A DNA stretch of 64,000 bases from positions 64,001-128,000 of the IMG/VR virus record IMGVR_UViG_3300017977_000066. One strand, written 5' to 3'. Below the pieces are notes generated by a model. That model worked only from the letters and a program-made list of their open reading frames with translations, had not been told where the DNA came from and searched no databases. Position numbers and translations under genes: made by a program. The DNA is from a virus. This document shows positions 53,030 to 62,018 of this stretch, one piece after another. Position 1 is the first letter of the stretch. Every line of letters begins with the position of its first letter.

Positions 53030-53465
53030 GAAGATCATGAGTGACCAAGCTATAACAATAGGGGCTATATTACATAACCTCATGTTCCAAACAGATAAGA
53101 GTGAGCCTAAAGCTAAGATACCTAGAAAAGCTATCATACGTTCAGTCAAAACTACATTGGCTACAAGAAGATCTGTAGAGTATGAGAAGTTCAATGAGCT
53201 AGTATATGGTTCGGCTCCTATTATGGGTGAGGCTAGAAACAATATGCTCCTAGGTGGTAAGCTTTTAGATCCGTTCATGTCACCGGATATCTTCTTGAAG
53301 TTCCTTAAATTCCGTTATCCTCATATCTTCAATGAGCTCGGTGTTAAAGAGTCTGACATACATAGATATAGTGCTGAGATATCTGAAAATGTACCAGTCA
53401 TGGCTACTATAGTTTTCGTTAACAGGATCTTTGACGCTATGGATAAATATGGCATCAGTGCTTAA
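53019..53465 (+). CDS. hypothetical protein
   Basis: 148 aa, overlapping operon. Confidence 0.65.
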   Translation: MENKKIMSDQAITIGAILHNLMFQTDKSEPKAKIPRKAIIRSVKTTLATRRSVEYEKFNELVYGSAPIMGEARNNMLLGGKLLDPFMSPDIFLKFLKFRYPHIFNELGVKESDIHRYSAEISENVPVMATIVFVNRIFDAMDKYGISA

Positions 53466-54288
53466 ATTACAAACCGAAGCTATCAGCACTGGCTTCGGAT
53501 GTAACATATCATCTGGTATCATACTGGAGAAACTAGTAGAGGATAAACCTAAGAAGCTTCCTATTTATTTTAATGTAAAAACATTATTCAGGAACTACAT
53601 AGGATGTTTAGACGGTAATGCTGATGCTAAGATAAAAGCTCTTAAGAATCATGTAAGCGCCAGACCTGTTATAAATGGGTTTATAGACGATACTAAACTG
53701 CTCATCAATGGGTTCCTAGACTCAGGCTTCGAGTTACACTTCTATAACATAGATTATAAGCCATTCTTAAAGAATGTTTTAAATGCTAGGAAAGAAGAAG
53801 AGTTCAAGGGTCTAAAGTCAGTAGTTAGGAAGATAGAGAAGTTCGCTATAACAGAAGTTAAAAGGAACTTCCCTGGTATATATATAGAGTATAAAAACCC
53901 TAAGCTAAAAGGTAAAGTACCTAAAGAGATCTATGTGGTAACCCATATAGGTATAGAATTATTAAACTTCGTAGGTAATGTTAAAGTAAAACTTATAGAG
54001 TCTCATACCGGGGTTATAAAAGAGTCTACCGAGTGGTATTCTAAGTATGCTAAAATAGGTAACAGGAAGATGTCCGTATTTCCACTAGATGAATTACTAT
54101 ATAATATACTAGGTGATAATGATTATGTTAAGCAGGGTGATATTAAGCTAAGGAAACATCTTTATAACATAGCTGTCGAGATGGCCTGGAGTGGTTTTAT
54201 GCTACCTAACGAGATAGAAGTTAATTTAAGAAATAAAGATCCTTTACTATTAAATGGATTGAAATCTAGGTACAAAAAATATTTCTAA
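53449..54288 (+). CDS. conserved phiKZ gp66-like protein (PIN/5'-nuclease-like fold)
   Basis: IYFNVKTLFRNY, VTH..ELL, LIESHTG..WYSK, LGD. Confidence 0.6.
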   Translation: MASVLKLQTEAISTGFGCNISSGIILEKLVEDKPKKLPIYFNVKTLFRNYIGCLDGNADAKIKALKNHVSARPVINGFIDDTKLLINGFLDSGFELHFYNIDYKPFLKNVLNARKEEEFKGLKSVVRKIEKFAITEVKRNFPGIYIEYKNPKLKGKVPKEIYVVTHIGIELLNFVGNVKVKLIESHTGVIKESTEWYSKYAKIGNRKMSVFPLDELLYNILGDNDYVKQGDIKLRKHLYNIAVEMAWSGFMLPNEIEVNLRNKDPLLLNGLKSRYKKYF

Positions 54289-54304
54289 TCAAAAAGGAAA
54301 GTAA

Positions 54305-54919
54305 ATGTCATTATTCATCTGTAACAACTGTGGGTGTGTTGAAAACTCTGCATTAATACATAGTGGCTTAGATGCTACGAGAGCTGATATGTTATGTAGT
54401 GAGTGCGAAAGTGGTAGCTGGCATGGAGAGTTTGATAAGCGAGCTGCTAAGCCTATCGAACTCTTAGTTAGTAAATTCTCTCCATTAGGCTATATAACAC
54501 CATATGACCATGTTGTTAAACTGGTTAAATCTGAATTAGTCCCATCTGGCTATAATGTAGACCCTGTCATCTATGAGTTCATATCACAGTCCAAAGGACA
54601 TATACTAGAGCATCCGTTATATAAAACTTATGTACAGAATAAAGATACATTTGTTTATGATGTAGTAGGTACACTATATGTTATAGAAGATCTTTTAAAT
54701 CCTACTGAAACTGAAGAGAAGATAATAAGAGAAGCCAGGATAAATGCTACTGGTAAAGCTCTTGTAAATACTGGAGATGACTCATTACTAATGATGACAG
54801 AACCTAAGCCTTCTGTAAGAAGAAGAGATCTCTTAAGTCAAGAAGAGCAAGATGATAGAATAGAAGCTGCTAAGAAGAAGAGAGAGAAACGAGAACTTAA
54901 AAGAAAAAAACCAGGATAG
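54305..54919 (+). CDS. zinc-finger-containing hypothetical protein
   Basis: MSLFICNNCGCVEN...LCSEC..G.WHGEF. Confidence 0.65.
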   Translation: MSLFICNNCGCVENSALIHSGLDATRADMLCSECESGSWHGEFDKRAAKPIELLVSKFSPLGYITPYDHVVKLVKSELVPSGYNVDPVIYEFISQSKGHILEHPLYKTYVQNKDTFVYDVVGTLYVIEDLLNPTETEEKIIREARINATGKALVNTGDDSLLMMTEPKPSVRRRDLLSQEEQDDRIEAAKKKREKRELKRKKPG

Positions 54920-54948
54920 GGTACTCCTATCTTGGTATATATTTTTTT

Positions 54949-54995
54949 TTTCATTTCTTTTATAATCATATATTACTCATATGACCAAATAGGTC
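54949..54995 (+). promoter_or_regulatory. early promoter, TATATTAC at 54969-54976
   Basis: 36 bp identical to 60709-60744. Confidence 0.75.
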
Positions 54996-55018
54996 TAATA
55001 AATATAACAGGAGATATA

Positions 55019-56620
55019 ATGGAAACATATACTATAATCAACAATGACATAGATGCGGAAGTCATAGTTAAAGATAGTAAAGGTAATGAAGTAGATCTAT
55101 GGCTAGAGACTATAGTTAATAGAAGACTTCGTACTGGATTAGAGCCAGGTGGTATGTTCGTCATCTTGAATAAATACATAGATCATAAAGGTAAAGATTT
55201 TAGAGATAAACTTTATCGCTTAAATGCAGAGGGTAAGAATATCATAGTACCATATCTGACTAAGGATACTGACATAGTTCCCTTTAAGGTAGTACATAAC
55301 ATCTTAGATATGTTTAATATCAACGATGTAAAAGATTTCATTAAAAAATCTGGTTTAGTAACATCTCCTACAACTCTACCAGATGTCTATGATATTAACA
55401 TAGAGATAGATGAGAGAGGTAGTAGATCTCAGACTTATCTAAAAGAGGATTACTATGACCTTATAGCTCTTATAACTATCTTAAAAGCTACTATAGGGTT
55501 AGTAGGAGAGTATGCTAGTGTTAGAGATACTGTACTTAGTAAGACTACTTATAAAGAGTACATACTTCTTAACTTCTATAGATCACACCCTATCTTTAAT
55601 ACAGATCCATTTGTTAAACTACATAGCTCCATTAATAAGCTAGTAGATAGGCTTTTCAAAGATACTGAGAAGACAGCTGTAAGGGTCATAGACACTGGGC
55701 TAAGTAAAGAGAACATGCCACTACACATACTAGCTTTAGTTACTATACAGAAGTTATTAGTGAATGATGAGTTAACTGACGATGATACTAAACATACCGT
55801 TACTAAGATATATAGCTATGCTTCTGATAAGCTTAAGCTAAAAGATAACAACAATAGTAAGTATAGGATCAAATACTTTTCTGAAGAGGAGGCCGATGGT
55901 TCTGAATCAGAGTCCATCTTAGAGAGTTATCGTAAGAACTCTGATGTTACTCCTGGCCATGTGGAAGAGTTTGAATCTGCTGTATCTGATATGTATCATA
56001 TGGCTAGGCTAATAAATATAAAAGCTAGTGATAAAGAACTTACTACTCTTAGACATGCTATGGAAGAGCTAAATGATAAATTACCTATATACCAATGTGC
56101 AGTCATGGCTTCTTGGGTTCTAAAAGGTGTAGTTGAAGTCAGATCCCTTAAACACTTAAGTCTTAACAGTGTCATCAACATCATCACCCTAGCCACCATG
56201 TGGTGTATAGAGAATGATAACAAAGACATGGCATTAGTATTATCTTGTTATAGCATCGAGTCTAATGCTACTAGAGTTAACTTCTCATTAAGGAATAAGA
56301 TAACTGTGGAGTATAAAGAGAAGTTAAAAGAGTTATTCCCTTATGAGAGAGTTGCTGTTATTAATGGCTCATTATCTACTATAAACTTTGTAGAAGAGAC
56401 ACTTAATAATGTCAGTAAGAAACTCATGGGGTACCGTATGATGTCAGTACTTCCTGATGAGACATTAGAAAGAATAACTGGTAGTAACTTAAGGAGTATA
56501 AAAGTTCCTGAAGCTATAAGAACCATCTCTGCTAAATATGTAGTAGATATAGAAGAGCAGTATAAAGAGAGATTGAAAGCAAGAGCTTCTGTTCTAGAAG
56601 AGTTAGGTTTTAATGTTTAG
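55019..56620 (+). CDS. non-virion RNAP specificity (sigma-like) subunit (phiKZ gp68-like)
   Basis: about 533 aa; SRSQTYLKEDYYDLI..LK..GEY, SILESYR; directly upstream of the gp69-like gene; start behind a GGAG RBS. Confidence 0.7.
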   Translation: METYTIINNDIDAEVIVKDSKGNEVDLWLETIVNRRLRTGLEPGGMFVILNKYIDHKGKDFRDKLYRLNAEGKNIIVPYLTKDTDIVPFKVVHNILDMFNINDVKDFIKKSGLVTSPTTLPDVYDINIEIDERGSRSQTYLKEDYYDLIALITILKATIGLVGEYASVRDTVLSKTTYKEYILLNFYRSHPIFNTDPFVKLHSSINKLVDRLFKDTEKTAVRVIDTGLSKENMPLHILALVTIQKLLVNDELTDDDTKHTVTKIYSYASDKLKLKDNNNSKYRIKYFSEEEADGSESESILESYRKNSDVTPGHVEEFESAVSDMYHMARLINIKASDKELTTLRHAMEELNDKLPIYQCAVMASWVLKGVVEVRSLKHLSLNSVINIITLATMWCIENDNKDMALVLSCYSIESNATRVNFSLRNKITVEYKEKLKELFPYERVAVINGSLSTINFVEETLNNVSKKLMGYRMMSVLPDETLERITGSNLRSIKVPEAIRTISAKYVVDIEEQYKERLKARASVLEELGFNV

Positions 56621-56645
56621 TCTATCTCGACTAAACAGATCTGAT

Positions 56646-56690
56646 TTTCATTTCTTTTTTAGCTTTATATTACTTATAAGAGTCTAAGAC
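56646..56690 (+). promoter_or_regulatory. early promoter, TATATTAC at 56666-56673
   Basis: conserved motif. Confidence 0.7.
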
Positions 56691-56728
56691 AATTATACTT
56701 AGCTTAAATAATAAAAACAGGAGAAAAC

Positions 56729-58276
56729 ATGTATCGTAATGGTAATGCATATGGTAATACACAAGCCACTAATGTGGTGATGAAGAAGTTTTTCTTGATA
56801 GAATCAGATGGCTATCAAGACCAATATATAAGACCTTATAACATGGAAGCTGGTTATGAAGATCTCAATAAGGTTAAAGATATAGTTACAAGATCAGTAC
56901 AGCTTAACAGTGTAGGTAATATAGGACAAGAGGTTAGCAATAGTATCTCTAATATACTTACACCATCTAGTATGGTTATAGGTGCGGCTAATATAGCTGG
57001 TGAGGGCTGGGGTTCTAAGAGATTTAAATTTGTGATGCTCATAGAGGAGTCTAGTAATACTAGTAACTCAGTCATCATCAACTATGTACAAGGTTATACG
57101 GATCAGTTAGGCATCAGCTATAAAGATACACTAGATCCTAACATGAGATTCTTTGTTAATACTGTTAATGTATTAAGGAAGACATTTGATAGGAATACTG
57201 GTGGGTTTAGTATCGTACCTGTAAAATCCTATAACTCTGTACATGATGAGTTAAACATGCTGGATTATGCGGATACAAGATTCGTTCCTAACTCAGGACC
57301 ATCTTATACACCAGATCATGAAGCATTAAAGTTAGCTAGACCCGAAGATATCTTAGTTAATGCATCTACTCTATCGGCTGCAGATAGCGACACCATGATA
57401 TTCTCATCAGTGGGTACTGTTAATAACTTTAACATAGTAGATAATGAAGACATATTGCCAACTCAGCATCTATCCAAAACTATCTCTAGCGCTGTTAGTA
57501 ACTCTATGAATGATTCTGCATTTACAGATGATGTAGATATGTATGGTAATCTACAGAATAGTAATGTTATTAATGCTATGTTAGGTGATACACTAAGTTG
57601 TAGTGCAGAGCAGATAACCATCTTCAAAATGATCTTAAGGACTACAGGCTCGCTTAGACCTAATATGTCACTGTCAGAGATCAACGATATGTTCGCTCCG
57701 GCTCCAGTAGTACCAGATGTTATGCTTGGTAACGATGTGGCTATAAGAACTGGTGGTACAACTACACCCTATGAGCTATCTGGTACTGAAACTGAAAATA
57801 CATATGGTGCTGATATAGAGACTAGAAAATCTGTCTTAGTACATGAAGCTGTTATAACAACTCTTAACGATTCGCTACTATCACATATAGTGTTCGAGAT
57901 AGACAACATGACAGGCCAGCCTTTGTGTAACATCTTACATGCTGGTTCAGAGATAGAAGGTCTTAATACTATAGCATATAGTAATAAGTTCACAAGCATG
58001 TTCATGAGTAGGATATGGAATAGCTTATCTGAGAACAATATGATACAAGTTAAGATATTAGTTTCATCATTGTTAGTATCCGATACTACCATCTCTATAT
58101 CTATAGATGGTAGACCTCCAGTGGTATATAGATATCCTACATTTGCTAATAGTAAGTATCTACCTATTATCATGAATAACGAGAACCTAGACGATCTTAG
58201 TAGATCTTATACTACAGTTATATCTGAAGCTATAACCTCTAGTAAAGAAGCTATGAGTAATGCTTCTAGATTTTAA
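56729..58276 (+). CDS. picA: phage nucleus protein-import factor PicA/Imp1 (phiKZ gp69-like)
   Basis: 515 aa; GYQDQYIRPY, GWGSKRFKF, VQGYTD..LDPNMRFFVN, RPED, DTTISISIDG....Y.YPTFA; position between gp68-like and gp70-like genes. Confidence 0.75.
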   Translation: MYRNGNAYGNTQATNVVMKKFFLIESDGYQDQYIRPYNMEAGYEDLNKVKDIVTRSVQLNSVGNIGQEVSNSISNILTPSSMVIGAANIAGEGWGSKRFKFVMLIEESSNTSNSVIINYVQGYTDQLGISYKDTLDPNMRFFVNTVNVLRKTFDRNTGGFSIVPVKSYNSVHDELNMLDYADTRFVPNSGPSYTPDHEALKLARPEDILVNASTLSAADSDTMIFSSVGTVNNFNIVDNEDILPTQHLSKTISSAVSNSMNDSAFTDDVDMYGNLQNSNVINAMLGDTLSCSAEQITIFKMILRTTGSLRPNMSLSEINDMFAPAPVVPDVMLGNDVAIRTGGTTTPYELSGTETENTYGADIETRKSVLVHEAVITTLNDSLLSHIVFEIDNMTGQPLCNILHAGSEIEGLNTIAYSNKFTSMFMSRIWNSLSENNMIQVKILVSSLLVSDTTISISIDGRPPVVYRYPTFANSKYLPIIMNNENLDDLSRSYTTVISEAITSSKEAMSNASRF

Positions 58277-58300
58277 AAAAAAAAACAAAAGGAATTAAAA

Positions 58301-59683
58301 ATGGTTAAAGTTGAGAAATTTTATGCAGGTCTATTAGACATGCTTAATCTTAAGATGGATAACAGCGGTACTATCATGATAAATCATGGTGGCGTGGATA
58401 CACCTATATTAGTAAATGGGCTAGAGATGGTTCTACCTACTACTATGAATATTAAAGAGGCTGTAGTTATTAAAGATGGTGTACCTACTCCAAATAAGTA
58501 TATATTCAACCCTCTAAGTGAGTCTGTAGTAAGTGGGAGTAACGAGTCTCTTAATAAGTTCAAGATGATACTAGAGCTTAAGCTACTAGGTACTATATTT
58601 GCTATAGGTGAGAACCTGTTTAGCATACTATCTGATAAAGATGTTGAAGTTAACGATATCATCATCAGCAAGTACTTAGTGAAGCTTAACAGATTCAAGA
58701 CTTCAGGTGTTAGACAGATGATAGATGGTAAGACAGTTAGTGTTTGGGCAGACCTCTATAATAATGTCATAACTAAATTTGATAAAGATAAGTTCCTATC
58801 TCTTTATATTAAGAAAGGTGGGCTCTTAGACTCTGTTAAATATAATCGTTTAGGTGTTATAACATTCCCATTTATAGAGGCTTTAGATAAACATGCTGTT
58901 AAAGATGGTAAGTTCATGGATGTTAGTATCAGAAATAAAGATAAGAGTGCTATCGTAAGTCTCTTCGAGTTCCTATTCTGGGATAAAGAAGAGTTATTAA
59001 ATGGTAAACAATATGGTAGCCTTAATAAGATATCTCCTAGCATGCATACATTACTCATGATGTATAATGATATCTATGACTCGTTAAAAGATATATTAGC
59101 CTCACTAGGTGAGTTAGACATGGATGCCAATATCAAAGAGATGATAACACTTAAACCTTTGCCTTTTAACATAGCTACTCTATCTGACATCATAGAAGAT
59201 CTAAGCACTGATGTTAAACAGATACCAGCAGTTGGTGATGTAACAGCTATGCAGAACTTCGGTAAAACACAAGAGCCTGTTAGTAACCAACAAGCTATTA
59301 CACAGCAAGTTGAAGAAGCCCCTAAGAGTTATAGTAACCCATGGGATAAGTTAGCTTCTGAAGGTAATAGAAGACCTACTGCACAGGCTAACCCATTACC
59401 ACTCATGCAAGGCACTCCCATAAATGCTAGCTCTCCAGTTATGCAGACACCTGTAACACAACCAATGACCAACCCTCCTTTATATGGACAACAACAAATA
59501 GGTTATGGTAACCAACAACCTGTATATATGAACCAACAACAGCAACAACAACAGTATGGCGGACCATCAGTTAGACAGATCAACCCTATGAGCAACCAGC
59601 CAGTTTATGGTAACAACACGGGCATGCAGCAACATGTACCCATGATGCATGGACAACAAATATCTTCAGACCCTTGGGTATGA
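58301..59683 (+). CDS. conserved phiKZ gp70-like protein with Q/P-rich disordered C-terminus
   Basis: 460 aa; LVNG..MVLPT, FNPLSESVVSG.NES, YIKKGG..Y.R.GVITFP. Confidence 0.7.
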   Translation: MVKVEKFYAGLLDMLNLKMDNSGTIMINHGGVDTPILVNGLEMVLPTTMNIKEAVVIKDGVPTPNKYIFNPLSESVVSGSNESLNKFKMILELKLLGTIFAIGENLFSILSDKDVEVNDIIISKYLVKLNRFKTSGVRQMIDGKTVSVWADLYNNVITKFDKDKFLSLYIKKGGLLDSVKYNRLGVITFPFIEALDKHAVKDGKFMDVSIRNKDKSAIVSLFEFLFWDKEELLNGKQYGSLNKISPSMHTLLMMYNDIYDSLKDILASLGELDMDANIKEMITLKPLPFNIATLSDIIEDLSTDVKQIPAVGDVTAMQNFGKTQEPVSNQQAITQQVEEAPKSYSNPWDKLASEGNRRPTAQANPLPLMQGTPINASSPVMQTPVTQPMTNPPLYGQQQIGYGNQQPVYMNQQQQQQQYGGPSVRQINPMSNQPVYGNNTGMQQHVPMMHGQQISSDPWV

Positions 59684-59686
59684 TGC

Positions 59687-59725
59687 ATGATAGGTTAGCA
59701 TATGCTAACCTATCATTTTTTTTTT
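59687..59725 (+). terminator. perfect 30-bp palindrome plus poly-T terminator
   Basis: atgataggttagcat|atgctaacctatcat followed by a T tract. Confidence 0.75.
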
Positions 59726-59769
59726 AGTTCAGCTTCGATGGCTTGAATAACCAATCACTAGGAGTTAAC

Positions 59770-60120
59770 ATGGCTTCCGTTTTAGAACTGTTAGATAGCG
59801 ATACTATGGGTATCAGTAAAGATAATATACATGATGTCCTTTCATTAATAAAAGGTAGTGGTTTTAGTAGCAACCTTATAACTACTATGGTAGACCCAGT
59901 AGATGCTAGGAGATATAAAGGTAATTTCTTTGGTCTCTTAAAGAATGTCTTAGGTGTACCTAACTCTGCTATATACATGAACATTATATTAAATGGCTAT
60001 GACTCATCACTAGACTATGAAGGTAAACTACACATCAGCCTTCTCAGTAACGATGTAGCACAGAGTATCATGATCTACCTACAAGAAGAAAAAACAATAA
60101 AAGCTAACATAGGATTTTAG
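59770..60120 (+). CDS. small conserved virion protein (possible baseplate wedge, T4 gp53-like)
   Basis: YKGNFFGLL..LGVP...IILNG..S..DY; AGGAG RBS; TTGAA upstream. Confidence 0.5.
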   Translation: MASVLELLDSDTMGISKDNIHDVLSLIKGSGFSSNLITTMVDPVDARRYKGNFFGLLKNVLGVPNSAIYMNIILNGYDSSLDYEGKLHISLLSNDVAQSIMIYLQEEKTIKANIGF

Positions 60121-60135
60121 TCCTATGTTAGCTTT
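60100..60135. terminator. bidirectional hairpin
   Basis: 15-bp stem aaagctaacatagga / tcctatgttagcttt. Confidence 0.65.
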
Positions 60136-60643
60136 CTAATCTTGTAACGTTGTTTTCTAGTTTTTCTATATCTTTTCTTATATGTGTTAACTCATATGTA
60201 GCTATACTCTTAATCTCATTCTCAAGACTCATTAACTTACTAGCATTATCAGAACCCACATCTCTAACATCATCTACTTTACTATATACCTTATCAAGGG
60301 CCTCAAAATTATCTTTTCTAACAGCCTCTAGTTTAATACTAAGTTTTTCAGAATAGCTACTCTTTAAAGTAGATAGCTCATTAACTAGGTTTTTAACTTC
60401 ATTTTGTAATTTTGTATCCAGTAAAACAACCGTATCAGCTACTTCTTTATTTCTAGAGTTAACTTCTTTCTCATACTCTTTTTTTAATGTATTTATTTCA
60501 CTATATAAGGAATCTATGTTAGAACTGTTTTTCTTAGCTATTAATGTATTTTTCTCAGAGTCACTCTTAACTTTAAAAAATACAGCTAACCCAGATACTA
60601 CTGCTACTATTATAGATATAAATGTACTACTCTCGAATACCAT
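60128..60643 (-). CDS. membrane-anchored coiled-coil protein (possible lysis/holin-like)
   Basis: N-terminal TM helix followed by a long heptad region; TTGAA upstream. Confidence 0.5.
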   Translation of the reverse strand: MVFESSTFISIIVAVVSGLAVFFKVKSDSEKNTLIAKKNSSNIDSLYSEINTLKKEYEKEVNSRNKEVADTVVLLDTKLQNEVKNLVNELSTLKSSYSEKLSIKLEAVRKDNFEALDKVYSKVDDVRDVGSDNASKLMSLENEIKSIATYELTHIRKDIEKLENNVTRLES

Positions 60644-60708
60644 GTTATCCCCCTCTTATATTTATTTAATTCAACAAATTAAAGCATCTGCTTATACTTT
60701 TTTTATAC

Positions 60709-60755
60709 TTTCATTTCTTTTATAATCATATATTACTCATATGAGCTCAGGACTT
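60709..60755 (+). promoter_or_regulatory. early promoter, TATATTAC at 60729-60736
   Basis: 36 bp identical to 54949-54984. Confidence 0.75.
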
Positions 60756-60791
60756 AAAACCCTAGCTATAATAAAAAAACAGGAGTAATAA

Positions 60792-62018
60792 ATGTTAGAA
60801 CAAAACATACCGTATCTAAATGAAGTAAAACATAACTTCATAGAGCAAGATCCGAACTACCAGTTAGATGCTAAATATTTTAGTGCATCAGCTATGAACT
60901 CATTCGCAGATCACTCTAGTTCATCAAGATCAGTGATGTTCTCATCTCACATGTCACAACCAGTAGTTATAGACGACCCAGATATCAACATGGTGCAGTC
61001 AGGATTAGAATATGACTTCGCTAAGTATACCATATCTAAGTATGTAGATAACCCATCTGAAGTAGTAGCCATAATAAAGAGATATAGATCTCTAGATAGG
61101 AACGATGAGTCTAGTACCGCAGAAACTATTGTTATGTTCAAAGATTTAACTACGGGTGTACTAGATGCTTTAGAGATACCTACCTTTAATAAATTACACC
61201 CATATTTTGGATATAAGTTCAATACTGAGAAGCTATCGGAGTTATCTATAGGTGATACTATAACTAGTGATGATAAACTAGGAGCCTCACCTTCTAACAT
61301 AGGTGATCATGACTATGGTTATGGTAAAGACTTAAATGTAATACAGATGACCATACCAGCTGTTGATGAAGATGGTTTTGTTATAAGTGAATCTTGTGCT
61401 AAGAAATTCCAGTTCAGTGTTTTTGATACTAGAACCATAGAAGTAGGTGAGTCTAGTTTTCTACTAAACCTGTATGGAGAAGATGGTGAGTATAAACCAT
61501 TACCAGATATAGGTGAAAAGATAAGTGATACTGGAGCTATAGCCGTTATAAGGAACTATGATGAAGATTTCTCACCTGTAGCTATGGGTATAGAAGATGT
61601 TAAGAAGTTTAACCCTATATTCGATAAGGCTGTATATGGTAGACATCCTAGATCTACTATAGTTGACATCAAGATCCATAAGAACAACAAGAGGAAGAAA
61701 ACACTTCCTACTGGTACTGAGAAGTATTGTGAGGAGTATAGCGATAAGCTAGTTAACTTCTACCAGCAGATCATCAACACCTATGATAGTATTAATGATG
61801 CTAACAAAAGATCGTTAGGTAGAGAGGTGGAAGTTGGTAATACTTTATACACACTATTATCAGAAGCATATGGTGTAACTGAAGCTAGTAAACCAAATTC
61901 AAAACTACGTTATAAATATAGAAAAGATAATGTAGATCTGTATAGAATAGAAGTCACTACTGAGACTCATTTCGATAGGCTGTTTATAGGAGCAAAGATT
62001 ACAGATAATATAGGAGGC
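60792..62018 (+). CDS. non-virion RNAP beta subunit, exon 1 (phiKZ gp71-73-like)
   Basis: SSSRSVMFSSHMSQ, G..LNV..M....EDGFVISES (RpoB), ends at GAKITDNIGG; 409 codons. Confidence 0.85.
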
